A stretch of DNA of 64,000 bases, taken from the human T2T-CHM13v2.0 reference genome, Homo sapiens. The stretch is from assembly GCA_009914755.4 (NCBI GenBank), contig CP068257.2, forward strand, positions 27,584,001 through 27,648,000, given 5' to 3'. The notes under the pieces are model-generated. The model ran no database searches. It was not told where the DNA came from and saw only the letters and a program-made list of their open reading frames with translations. The translations under genes were made by a program, and so were the position numbers. The number at the start of each line of letters is the position of its first letter. The stretch's first letter is position 1. Below are positions 14,685 to 27,639 of this stretch, in pieces.

Positions 14685-15489
14685 TTAGTTCACTAGGGCT
14701 GCCATAAAAAAGTGCCAGAAGGACGCTAGGTGACTCAGAAAACAAAAATTTGTTTTCTCACAGTTCTGGAAGCTGTGAATCTAAGATCAATGTGTCAGCA
14801 GGTTGACTTCTGAGGCCCCTCTCCCTGGCTTGTAGATCTGTGACTTCAGATTGTCTTCCTTCTGTGTGTCTGTGTCCTAATCTTATAAGGACACCAGTCA
14901 GATTACATTAGGACCCATGCCAATAACCTCATTTTACCTTAATTACCTCTTTAAAGCCTTTATGTCTGTTAAAGCAAACTATAGCCTGAGAAGGACTCCC
15001 TACTTCTATATTTGAGTCCTTGCGGATGAACCGTAACCTAACTTAATAGGCAGATAAAATTGAAAACCTAACTTAGTAGTATGCACCTGTAACAATAGCT
15101 AAATCCTAGCCAATCCCAGCAGCCATATTTCAACCATTCATACACTGCTTAGTGCTCAAACTGTGTTCAAATAAGGCAAACGCCAACCTCTAACCAATCC
15201 AGCCGTTCTGTACCTCACTTCCAATTTCTGAACGTCATTTCTCTTTTTTTTTTTGGTCTATAAATCTTCCACCACATGGCTGCGCTGGAGTCTTTGTGAA
15301 TCTGCTGTGATTCTGGGGGCTGTCTGATTTGTGAAACGTTCATTGCTCAATTAAACTCCTTTAAATTTAAACCGACTGAAGTTTTTCTTTTATCATGTCC
15401 CAAAACAGGAACATTCTGAGGTACTAGAGGTTTGGAGTTCAACATATACATTTGGCGGAGGTTGCAGGAAGACAATTCAGCCCATAGCA
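14685..15489 (-). mobile_element. Older MaLR-type LTR (MLT1-like), split by a nested ~430-bp insertion
   Basis: Left part ..gggctgccataaaaaagtgccagaaggacgctaggtgactcagaaaacaaaaatttgttttctcacagttctggaagctgtgaatctaagatcaatgtgtcagcag...cttataaggacaccagtcagattacattaggacccatgccaataacctcattttaccttaattacctctttaaagcc; right part resumes at 15396 ..aacattctgaggtactagaggtttggagttcaacatatacatttggcggaggttgcaggaagacaattcagcccatagca. Confidence 0.5.
14967..15395 (+). mobile_element. Putative ERV1-type solo LTR (TG...CA ends, about 430 bp) nested in the MaLR LTR; carries CCAAT boxes, TATAAA and AATTAAA signals
   Basis: Begins tgttaaagc, ends cttttatca, flanked by tgtc on both sides (14963-14966 and 15396-15399), a 4-bp TSD typical of class I ERVs. 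Contains ccaatcc x2, ggtctataaatcttcc (TATA, ~15253) and cattgctcaattaaactcc (poly(A) signal, ~15345). The interrupted host LTR resumes immediately after. Confidence 0.35.
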
Positions 15490-15999
15490 TGTACCTACCT
15501 AAGGTCTTAACTGGTAAACAAACAAACAAAAAACCAACCTAGTTATAGTTTTAAATTTGTTTCTATTTTATTTCCCATGAGGTAATCTAAAAGAACCTGG
15601 GGAATCCAGGTGCTTTTCAAAGCAGTACTTGTATGGTGTTTCATCATTACCTCTCAGCGGGAGGGAAATGAAACTCAGACGGGCCCATTTGGTTTCTATG
15701 ATACCAGCTTTCCTCACCTTTCTTGGGGAGAGTGATTTTGAAACTATGGGCTACAAAAGACTTTTGGATTATGTGTGAGCTATGCTCTCTCTCTGGGACT
15801 CCTACTATGCTTTGTGATTGTGAAAATAAGTGATTCAAAATCTAAGCTGTTGGAACTCTAAATTATTTTGAGCCATAAGGAAATGTGAATTATGGGGCCT
15901 GAGTCACAAGACAGGCAGCTGTAAACTAGGCAGCTGTGAACTTTTTGTAATATTTTTGATTGTCTGAATTGTCTTTTCCCTTACCTACATTATTTTGTA

Positions 16000-16760
16000 A
16001 AATGTTGTGAATGGTTGTAGGACGTGCGACAGGTGTAGCTCACCTGCTTGGTCGCCCCAAAGCTCAAAGGAGGAGCATGCAGACAGGCAGGTGCAGAGGC
16101 CAGTACAAGCACTTTTGGGCTCCTGTCCCACGGCAGAGTCTAGGGGTGGGTCTCTGTGTCACTCGAAGCCCATGTAGGCATGTATTACAAAGCTCTTTCA
16201 GATTTGTTGTCTGCAGACGGCTTGTGTGTTAATCAGCTTAACGGACCCTCTGCCTTATTGTGAGGGCAGGGGGCCAGCGTGACAACTTTCTTTATCCCAA
16301 GCTCTTGTCCAGTGTCCTGAAAGAATCAGATCACACATGGGCTTGAAGGATGAGTGCAAGGTTTCATTGAGTGGTGGAGGTGGCTCTCAGTGAGATGGAT
16401 GGGGAGGCAGAAGTGGGGATGGAGTGGGAAGGTGGTCTTTCCCTGGAGTCGGGCATCCAGCGGCCCAACTCTTCTCCAGCCACCCCTGGCCAAGCTCCCC
16501 TATGAGTCCAGACATCCTTCCTTTTCTCTCTTTCTCTGCTGCATTGTTCCACTGTCACTGGTCTGCTGGTTCACTGGTCCACTGGTCTGCTGGTCTTGAT
16601 GTCCAGCTTCTTGTGTATGTGCCCGCTAAGGTCTTGGGTTTGTATGGGGGCAGGATGGGGGGTGCATGGCAGGCCAAAAGGCAAATTTTGGCCATGAAAA
16701 CAGAAATGCCTGTCCTCCTTTAGGGCTGCCGGTCTTCAGGCTTGAGGGTGGGCCGTTTGT
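16000..16760. other. GC/CpG-rich block of unknown identity (possible CpG-island-like element or ERV LTR fragment)
   Basis: Many CpGs (gacgtgcgacagg, ggtcgcccc, gcagacggc, aacggaccc, ccagcgtgac, gtcgggcatccagcggccc, gcccgctaagg, tgccggtc, gggccgtttgttggggaaccgccccc) in an otherwise AT-rich, CpG-depleted window; no match to Alu, L1, MaLR, Tigger or GAPDH. Confidence 0.4.
16556..16595. repeat. Short tandem repeat (about 2.5 copies of a cactggtctgctggtt-like 13-16-mer)
   Basis: cactggtctgctggttcactggtccactggtctgctggtc. Confidence 0.6.
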
Positions 16761-19700
16761 TGGGGAACCGCCCCCTTCTACCCAGTATTTCCCTGTTTCC
16801 TGTCCATATCAGTGAAGGATGCCAGAGGAGACCCCTTCCCTCTTACTATTGACTTTCATTATAGATTAACCTCTTTCTTCTCACACAAAAACTTTATGGC
16901 CATCTCAATGCCTCAAGATGGAATGTTAAGCACACTCTTTTAAAATCAAAAGGAAATGAAAAGGAGCGATAAAGAAAAGAAAACAAGCTGCATGGAAAAG
17001 AAAAGAAAAGAAACTGATTAATTTGTTGTAACTCATAAACTGGCCCTGTATTGAAAATGTTGTAATCTTGTTAAATTTCTTTGCTTTTTCCTATATAAAA
17101 GAGAATTTAGCTTTTAACTTCAGAGCACTACCCCCATTTCTCTGGGACAGAGCATCCAGAAATGGCCATTCCCAGCTTTTTGCTTGAATAAACTCTCTAA
17201 AATTGGAATCTGACCCTTTAGATTATTTCAGGTTGACATGATGAGGAGTTGGCTATAAAGTCACTGCTCTGGCAAAGACTGAATTTCTCTCCTAGTATCA
17301 ATCCAACACCACTGTTGCCCTGATACATACTGCATTACTGTGGAAGGTTTAAAATCAATCTACTTAGTATTTTCCCTTTTGTAGAAGTGGATTTTAATTA
17401 TTTCAAGGATCAGGTTTATGGTGTGGGGTGGGGGCTCCAGGGATGTGGGGAGGGTAGCATCACAAGGAATTTTCCTCCAAAATGAGTGTAAGCTCAAGTC
17501 CTCTCTTGTGTCTGCTTTGCCTTACTTTGCAGGGAAAGAACCCAAGTTGCATGCAACTTCCCATCTAACTTCTCATTCTCTCTTAATTTTCAAACTTGTT
17601 TTCATCCCTATTAATAGCCAGGTCATAGAATCATTTTCAGAAACATTTCAGGTGCTTCAGGATTTTTGAAACCCTTTAGTTCGCATGGTTTGAGTGTGTC
17701 ACAGGTTAGTAAACCCTCAAAGCTATGCTGTCATGGTTATTGTGTGGTTTATGCCGAGAGAAACTGGTCATAGTCTGCCCCAAGTAGCAATTAATGGGGA
17801 CCCTGAGGGGCAGTCGGGAGAAGTGACTAAATCAATCCAGCAAGCTCTAGAGAAGCATTTCCTCTTGAGAAGTTCACTATTTTGTGAAAATCAAACGCAA
17901 CCAAATGCCAGGGGAAAGAACATCTCCCACTGGAGCTTGACAATATTTGTAGAATTAAGTGAAGTTGTGTTTCTGGTGGTTGAAAGTGTCTGTTTGTGAT
18001 CTCATGTATTCTATTTTGCTGAATAGGTACTTAGGATCTGATTTGGGAGGAAATGAAAGCATGACCACTGGCAAGAGTCAGAAAGAGCTACAGGCATTGG
18101 CATTTTCTGTCTATTTCTAAGATCTTTTTGTCAATCCGGTGTTTGGAAACAACTTTCAGTCTACCTGCAGGCATTTTAAATGAGTCCTTTACCTTGTTTC
18201 TCATAGGAAAACTTCATTTAGCTGCATCCACTCCAGGCAAGTTCTTTGTTTTCACTACTTGTCAGTGTTTTTTCTTAATCACTTCCCTCATCTTCCTTCC
18301 TCTCTGAGCCCCTCCTTTTCAACCTCCTCCAGTTCCCTACCCCCAGCCCCTAATGGAGTGTGATGTATTATACTTACGCTTTATGAAATTCTCATTAGGG
18401 AGGATCCTGTCCATTGACAATAATGGTTGACTTGCAGAATTCTCAAATATGAAGTTTCAATGGTTTGTACATCACATGTTGATTTTCTTTCCTTCCACAT
18501 GTGGATAATATCCACACAACAGTATCTCACACCCCTATTCTTTGTGAAAACATTATGTGGAAAAGTCGATGTCTTGGGTGGATCAATTGTCAATAACAAC
18601 AGTGTTTCGGATACATAAGCCCTTCCTGTTGTAGTCACACCTTCTCTCTGACTTTAGGGGCTCCTACAAGGTCCTTGTATTTATTTCAGAATAGGCTAGT
18701 GTAGAGACTTAAGGAAGAGCTCTCGGCATCAGTCAGGAATTCATCGGTCAGGCCCTGAGCCCTGCCTCTGCCATGCTGTCATTGACTTTGGCCTTAGGTG
18801 GGTCATTTTGCATCTCTGGGCCCAGTTTCCCCACCCTTAAAAGAAGAAGACTGGCCTGTCAGGAGTTCTAGCATCCTTGTGATAGGTCATCCTTGTTGGA
18901 CAATCCTTGTTTTGTTCCCATTAAGCTTTACTTGCCAGTGAGTTCCTTTTCGTCCTTTTGTAGATTCCGTAAGACCCAGAGGGTGAGTCTAGCCAAAGAG
19001 GGAATCAAGCTGGGCTAGCCAAAGAATGTATCCTCTTTGCTCCTAATCTTCTGAAGAATAAGTCACTCCAGAGGCAGGAGGAACCATCTCTGATTGAGCC
19101 AGTGAGCATGTGGCTGGCTGTCCTTATGAGCCCCAGGCCCCACCATCAGAGCTAAGCTTGCCAAGGAATGCGGTGTTCCTTCCATAGCTCTGCTTCAGAT
19201 CTGCTTCCCAGCCCTGTCTGTCCTTCTTGGATTAGGCAGCAGCATTCTAGGAACAAATCCCCTTTGCTCAGCCATGCATCACTGCCTTCCAACTCATTTT
19301 CTGAATCTCACAGTTCTTGTCCCCTCCCTGCTGGTCCTGGCAAGACTGAATTTGTCAGGCCTTGTTGAGTTCCTGTAGCCTGGTGCATGTGGTTAGGACC
19401 TAGGTTGCTTTTGGCTGCTCTAGATATTTTTAAGTACTTTTAATTGATTGGAAAAACATGCTAACTTTGAGTTTTAAAGTATTTGTAATTATACCCCCCC
19501 AAGGCCACTGACTTAGCTGTGGGGTTGTCAAAGAGCCATTAATAAGCAAATTAAAAGGAAGAGGTGGAGCCGTAAAAGCAGTTGCAGAACTAGAAGCCAA
19601 AAGCAGCACTTTCTGTTTAGTGACTGTAATAGCCCTGACTGTGTGTGGACTCCTGAGATGGAGGACAAGTGAACTTACTATGTGTTTGAAAAAATGGTTG

Positions 19701-20239
19701 CAGTGGGGCAAATATAAACCTATGCTGTGCCACACTCCTTCAAGGCTGATCTATTTCATGGCCACTTCCAGAATTGTGCAACAGGTGACCTCCAGGATAA
19801 CTATGGCTTATCTTACAGCAACGTAGTTCATCTAGGATAGAAAATTGTACCTTTATCCCTGGTACCTTCTGACTACAGATGACATAGTGCTTGAACCAAT
19901 CCTATCTAATCTCTTTCCACTCATTTTTAGAATAAAAGCCAAGCCTCTCATGGATTGGGATGCCCTTAGAGAAAGAATGCTTATTTCAATGCAGTTGTGT
20001 TACTGCTTCGTGGTGTCATATATATTAGTCAGTTTCACTGCAATAATATATAGTCTCCAAATCTCAGGGGCTCACGCCAACAAATTTTCATTTCCCACTT
20101 GCATTACATAGTGATGGTCATGCACTGATTGCTACAGTTCTGCTCCCAGTGTCTTCTCTTTCCTGGAATCAGAAACATAGCCATGTATAGTTGGGACTTG
20201 CTATTTTTGTTTCGTAACTGCATTTTTGTACCCAGTAGC

Positions 20240-20420
20240 TGTCTGCACTCCTTCCCCTTCCCTGTCCTCTTCCCAGCCTCTAGTAACCATCATTTTACTC
20301 TTTACCTCCATGAGTTCAATTGTTTTGATTCCTAAGTCTCACATATGAGTGAGAACCTGCGAAATTTATCTTTCTGTGCCTGGCTTTGGGACTGCTGTTT
20401 TTGTGGCAGAAAGAAAAACA
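20240..20420 (+). mobile_element. L1 fragment (ORF2 3' region, older L1P/L1M type)
   Basis: cctctagtaaccatcattttactctttacctccatgagttcaattgttttgattcctaagtctcacatatgagtgagaacctgcgaaatttatctttctgtgcctggctt resembles the L1 segment ccctctggtaaccac...agttcaact.tttagattccacatataagtgagatcatg..tgtctttctgtgcctggctt. Confidence 0.5.
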
Positions 20421-21536
20421 GAGTATTGGCTGGAAAATGTCATGCTTCAAAGTGTTTGCTTGAACTGGCACACTGTCACCTCTGCTTACATTTCACTGGC
20501 CCAGACACCTCATGTTGCCAAGCCTGAAAACATGGCAGAGAAATATTCTCCACGTATGGAGAGGCACCACAAGTCATTCGGAAATGGGTTGGATGTATAA
20601 TCACTTACAGGGAAGAAAGCCAATATGGGGAATAACAGTCCCATCGATCATCAGGTTCACATGCTAGACAGGTAACTTCATGAGAAAGGCCATGCTCTGG
20701 ACAGAAGCCTCTGATCCATAAATCTGTCTTTCCTATCCTTGAGTGCTGTTATGTAAGGAAGACAGGGGAGAATAGCTCTTTGATTTTTATATTTGGGAAG
20801 GCCTGTGCCAAGATTCCTTTTATGAGATGGGATCTGTTTTTGTTCTAACACCCTTCAGGTTCACTTATTCCTGCCTTAGACGGTGTCTCCTCTTCTGCAA
20901 ATTGCTCGATTTGTTTGGCTTCATCTTTTGATTGCAGTTGATGGCTTTGGCGTTAATAAATGTTTTGCTCTTCTTTCAGCTGACTCTCAAATGTGCTCTT
21001 GCAGATGCAAAATCACTGTGGTTTGGCATCAGACCAGAAGATGTAGGAATCAGTATCAGCAGAGATGTGGGCTTCTTGGTCCGAGGCAGATTCAAGAAGT
21101 AGAAGATTACAGGAGAAGAGCTAGACATAGGAATAAATGCATCTATTTCCTTGTTTTAAGAGAGACTATAAAAGTTAACATTTTTTTCTTCACTTTCCAC
21201 AGGTGAATCTTTTTTGGACCATTTTGCTGTTTTAGCAGTGTCTTTCTCATGGAACATATAGCTTAGATGGTGAAATTATTTTTCTTAACTTTCAGACTTT
21301 CTGGAAAGTCAAGGAGGATGGGTGTTTCTGATCTGTGACAACAATGAATTTTTTATAATAACTTGAGATAGGAAAAAAATCTGATTGCAGTATATAATAA
21401 TCAGAAAATTTCCTCTTTGCAGAAATCAAAATTACTTCCAGCATATATAAAACAATCTTTGCTAATAAAGTAATACAAACCCTCCAGTTATTATTTATTT
21501 TTATTGGCTTTTTTGTAAAAGTATAGATATTTATAA

Positions 21537-22100
<564 letters not shown>

Positions 22101-22581
22101 TTTTGTGGCATTTGTATTGAATGGAATGAATAACTAAGCCAATGAATGAGCAAAATATACAGTCTTGTTCCAGAAAACAAAAGAACAACAAATGCAGACC
22201 AGGCAATAGATAGGGGGAATGCCTGCCTGCCCCAGTTTCCCAACCTTCTTTCCTTGGCTTTTCTGCCTTCCATGCTGAGTTACCTCATGGACCTGCAGCT
22301 ACTGTGCCAGGACTCCTGGTGTTTGCTTTTTCTCTTCCAACTCCAAGCAATGACAATATCAAGTTTTTTACTCCATGTTAGCACTCTTAGAACCCAATAT
22401 TTTAAAAATTGACTAAAATTCTAAGAGAAAATGTAAAAAGAAAAAAAATTACAACTCCCATTCAAAAGATGAAAAATAACAGCCTACCACTAATTGACAT
22501 TTTCCTGTACGCCGGACACTGTGCAAGGTTTCTACAGACATGGGAAGAGGGATTACTCTCTCCATTTTGGAGGTGTGGAGA

Positions 22582-22956
22582 TGATATGGTTTGACTGTGT
22601 CCCCACCCAAATCTCGTCTTGAATTGTAGCTTCCATAATTCCCACATGTTATGGAAGGGACCCGGTGGGAGTTAATTGAATCCTGGGGGTGATTTCCCTT
22701 ATACTGTTCTTGTGGTAGTGAATAAGTCTCACGAGATCTGATGGTTTTATAAGGGGAAACCCCTTTTGCTTGGCTCTCATACTCTCCTGCCTGCCGCCAT
22801 GTAAGACGTGCCTTTCGCCTTCCGCCATGATTGTGAGGCCTCCCCAGCCACGTGGAACTGTGAGTCCATTAAACCTCTTTTTTTTTTTTTTTTTTTTTTA
22901 AATAAAGCAACTGGTCTTGGGTATGTCTATCAGCAGGATGAAAATGGACTAATACA
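22582..22956 (+). mobile_element. THE1/MST-class solo LTR
   Basis: tgatatggtttgactgtgtccccacccaaatctcgtcttgaattgtagcttccataattcccacatgttatggaagggacccggtgggag...ccatgattgtgaggcctccccagccacgtggaactgtgagtccattaaacctc + T23 replacing the usual ..tttataaattacccag.. + ggtatgtctatcagcaggatgaaaatggactaataca; flanks ggaga / ggagc (imperfect 5-bp TSD). Confidence 0.82.
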
Positions 22957-23402
22957 GGAGCCGAGGCCTGGAAAGAGTTTTCCTTGTCCTGTGTCCCACT
23001 GCTGGTCAGTGGTGAAGCTTGGGATGAGAACAATGGTTATTTCATTCTACAACCCATACTTTGAAAAGCAGGCATTGCTAAGTAAAATAATTCTAGTTTA
23101 TGCAGAGAAGAGATTGACTTAGCATAAAGTTCCCTCTTTTGAAGACTCAGTGAGCAGCCTTGCAGCTGCTGCTGTGTAGGCCTTTCACAGTCAGGTTGCC
23201 TGGATTTTCTGCCCATGCATCTGACAGTAGCTCTTCTCCCAGCCATAGGTTACTTGTTTTCAAAACAAACACAGGCTTTTCTTTATAAGTTTTTTTCTGG
23301 TGCTCACCTCTCTCATCCCCTATACCTCTCTTCAACCTAGGCTCTTCCAAAAAGTACATCAGGCAGGTGAAGTTTACACCTCTAACTTCAGAGAAGTGGT
23401 TA

Positions 23403-23722
<320 letters not shown>

Positions 23723-24535
23723 AAAAACCCAAAGCTTGGCTGGTCTGCCTCATCTTATTTCCCAATATTTTCCACTTAGTTTCCCTATGAATCTCTTAGA
23801 TCCTTTAGTGTCTTACTTCTACCCCACCAACAAAAGGAGTAGTGTGTATGAATTAGGATTTTACAATATAAATATACATTTACAGTAACATACTTATAAT
23901 GAGGATGTTTTTCTCTAAAAAGAACTATGCTAACATACTTTATATAATTGCAATGAATTTGTTTTTCACTGTTTATAACTTCTTAAAAAATATACTGGGC
24001 ATGAGAAGACCTATCCAAAAGCAGGAAAATCTTATTTTAAGTGCTGCAATTGTGTCAGTTATGTCATGAAATCATAAATGGTGGCTATCTGTCAAAATGT
24101 GCTATGTTTCCTTAGACATAAGGAAGACAATGAATTTTCAAGATAACTCACTGATGTGTCTTTGTTAAGCTGACATATTTGGAAGAATTCCCAAATAATT
24201 TTCATGGTCAGAGAGATTCTCATTTTGCAAGCTACCCCTAAGCAAGAGGCACTGGGGACTTTGCCCAACCAGTAATATTCAGATGAGTTGCAGATTGTTT
24301 AAGTAGCTAAATCATGTTAATCCTCTTTCCATGTATGGCAGCATTTATTTAAAATTATTTATTGAATGCATTCTATGTGCCAGGCCCATTTCCAAGTACT
24401 GGATATTCCTGGTGAACAAATCCTACACATATTACTACCTTTAGGGAGCTTACACTCTGGCATTAGGCATCAAAACAACACATTCTGGCAAATGAGGCTG
24501 GTAACTTTTAAGGATTAAATAGCTTAGAGTTATCA

Positions 24536-24836
24536 GAGTGTTGACCAGGCATGGTGGCTCATGCCTGTAATCCCAACACTTTGGGAGGCTGAAGTGGGCA
24601 GATCAATGGAGGTCTGGAATTTGATACAAGCCTGGCCAACATGGTGAAACCCGGTCTCTATTAAAAATACAAATATTAGCTGGGCGTGGTAGCAGGCACC
24701 TGTAATCCCAGCTACTTGGGAGGTTAAGGCAGGAGAATGGCTTGAACCCGGGAGGCAGAGGTTGCAGTGAACTGAGATCTAGCCATTGCTCTCCAGCCTG
24801 GGCAATAAGAGTGAAACTCTGTTTCAAAAAAAAAAA
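24536..24836 (+). mobile_element. Full-length Alu with poly(A) and about 9-bp TSD
   Basis: ..gaccaggcatggtggctcatgcctgtaatcccaacactttgggaggctgaagtgggcagatca...ctccagcctgggcaataagagtgaaactctgtttc + A11; TSD ttatcagag on both sides. Confidence 0.9.
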
Positions 24837-25240
24837 TTATCAGAGAGTAGATTTATGTATTAAGCATCTTTCAAAAGGCCTTACACAGTTACAGTTTACA
24901 TTATTAATGTACTACATTTCTTGGCAAATAATTTATTGCTGTTGGTCTTCCAGTCCCCATTCTATAAGATACATATGCAAAGTCAGGAAACAAAGTAAAC
25001 TTTTCTTAAAACAGTATGTTAGTTATCTTCAAATAATATGCTTTCAGTTGAAGTGGATTTGCTCTAGATTTAAAATAATGGGCCTAATTGCTGATCTAGA
25101 AAAAAATAACTTATAAAACATATTGAGCATCCAAAAATTCTGGCAGCATAGGAAGCTTACTATATTCATTATACTTTTGAAGGGGAATGGAAGTTAAAGA
25201 AATGCAGATTATGTTGTTTGAAAATTATCTGAGTCCATTT

Positions 25241-25647
25241 GTGTTGCTATAAAGGAATATCTGTGACTGGGTAATTTATAAAGAAAAGAGGTTTATTTGG
25301 CGCACACTTCTGTAGCCCATACAAGAAGCATGGCACCAACATCTGCATCTGGTGAGGGTCTCAGGCTGCTTTCACTCATGGTGGAAGGTGAAGGGAAGTC
25401 AGTGTGTGCAGAAATCATTCAGCAAGAGAAGAAGCAAGAGAGGCAGGAGGTGCCAGGCTCTTTTTAACAATCAGCTCTCACAGGAACTGATAGAGCAAGA
25501 ACTCACTCATTACCATAAGGATAGCACTAAGCCATTCATGAGAAATTCACCCCTATGGCCTAAACACGTCCCCTTAGGCCTCATCTCCAACACTGGGGAT
25601 CAAAGCTCAATGTGAGGTTTGGGGAGACAAACACCCAAACCATAGCA
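25241..25647 (-). mobile_element. Older MaLR-type solo LTR (MLT1/MST-like), reverse orientation
   Basis: gtgttgctataaaggaatatctgtgactgggtaatttataaagaaaagaggtttatttgg...catggtggaaggtgaagggaagtcag...cactggggatcaaagctcaatgtgaggtttggggagacaaacacccaaaccatagca. Confidence 0.5.
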
Positions 25648-25671
25648 AACATATAAGTGACATACTGTTAA

Positions 25672-25919
<248 letters not shown>

Positions 25920-26139
25920 TTCACCCCAGTAACTCTCCCCTTAAACAATTGGCAGTTGTAGGAAGGAGCAAAAGATGCACAACTGTGCAGAGAACAAGGG
26001 TAGTATCCCATTACTTGTTATTTAGGATTCCGTGGCATGTACTTATTCTTGAATAATTTACTCAAAAAAAAATGGGAAGCTTCCACATCTTGGCGATTAT
26101 ATATAGTGCAGCAGGAACATGGGAATGTGGATATCCCCT

Positions 26140-26580
26140 CCATAAACTGACTTCCTTTCTTTTGGGTATATACCTAGCAGTGGGATTGCTGGATCGTGTT
26201 GTAGTTCTATTTTTAATTGTTTGTGGAGCATCCATACTATTCTCATAGTGGCTGTGGAGAATAATTTACATTCTAATTTAGTACTAATTTATATTCCCAC
26301 CAACAGCATGCAAGGGTTCCTTTTTCTCCACTTGAATAAGATCTAATATTTAATAGCACAACAGGGTGATTACAGCCAACAACAATTTATTGCACATTTA
26401 AAAATAACTAAAAGAGTATAAACGAAATGTTTGTAACACAAATAAATGATAAATGCTTGAGGTGATGGATACTCGGTTTACCCTAATGTGATTATTACAC
26501 ATTGTATGCCTGTATCAAAATATCTCATGTACCCCATAAATATGTACATCTACTATGTACCCATAATTTTTTTAAGTAAG
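26140..26580 (+). mobile_element. L1 3' end fragment (ORF2 C-terminal region plus 3'UTR)
   Basis: ccatcttggcgattat...tgggtatatacctagcagtgggattgctggatcgtgttgtagttctatttttaatt...ctcatagtggctgtg..aatttacattcccaccaacagcatgcaagggttcc...gaggtgatggatactcggtttaccctaatgtgattattacacattgtatgcctgtatcaaaatatctcatgtaccccataaatatgtacatctactatgtacccataattttttt, the characteristic L1 3'-terminal sequence. Confidence 0.65.
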
Positions 26581-27639
26581 CACTTTCAGAAAGGATGCTT
26601 CTCAGAACTCACAAACATTGCATTTTTATACTTTCATAGTTGAAAAATATAAATCAGTTTTGTTAAAGGTGGTGCATTAGAGAGTAGGAAGATGAGGCCC
26701 GGAAGATCTCGTGTATTTTAACATGTTGTTCTCAGGAAGCTTCATATGGATATCTGTAAATTTTAAGAAGCCACCCTAGGATACCCCAAAATAAGTCTGT
26801 GGTCACGCACTGCTCACAAACAGAGCGTAAGGCAGAGGGCACTGTTTCGATGCATCCTCTATCCAGCTGGAAAGCCAGAAATATTATTTTCGTAGTCAAA
26901 TGATTAAAATAGTAATGGTTTATTTACTCTCCCCAAGTGTAGTTGGGAAATACATGAGGTTAAAATTCAGGCATCTGAGTTTCTGTTTCTCCTCCTCCAA
27001 CTATGAAGGTAAGTTGGTCTCTCCCTGTGCCCATTGTGGCAAGTGTCTGCCCAGGCCCTTGACCAGAGAGACAGGAAGCAATGATGACAGAGCCAGGCAA
27101 GCCCAGACCTCACATGAGCCTCCTCTGTAATTTTGGATAGTTCTGGAAACTGGACCATCAGCCTTAATGGCCTATGCTGGGAATCCTGTGCACACCAGGC
27201 CACATTTCTCAGCAGCTTGCCTGTGCCGTGCCCCTAAAAAGAACAGCTCAGACCTGCTCTGCAGGGGCATTTATCTTGTCAGCTGAAGAGGGTGAGCTCA
27301 TTTTAGGCACGTTGCTGTAAACAACTGAAAGATCCACTCTCCTAAGCATAGACCTGACTCAACTATGTCTCTGCAAATGGTCTCCCTTTTGCAACACAAC
27401 TGCACCGAGAAGCTACACACTTTCACCTTCCAGCAGATCTTGGTCAGATACATTGCAGTGAACTTCCCACTCTCTTCCCACTCCTTTCAAACTCAGTCAC
27501 TGAAACCACAACCACCCCACCACTGTAACAACAGAACCAATTTCAATAGTTTGAGGCCATTCCCAAGCTCTATCTCTCAGGCTAGAACAAATGAACAAGC
27601 TCCTTGTGCCATCAGCATTAATATTTGTGGTGTCAAGTG

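Noticed and set aside
15240-15360. TATAAA plus CCAAT boxes plus AATTAAA that could be read as a host-gene core promoter and terminator
   Set aside because: The signals lie within a 429-bp TG..CA element bounded by a 4-bp duplication and nested in another LTR. They are best explained as retroviral U3/R signals rather than a cellular gene promoter. Any activity would be LTR-driven.
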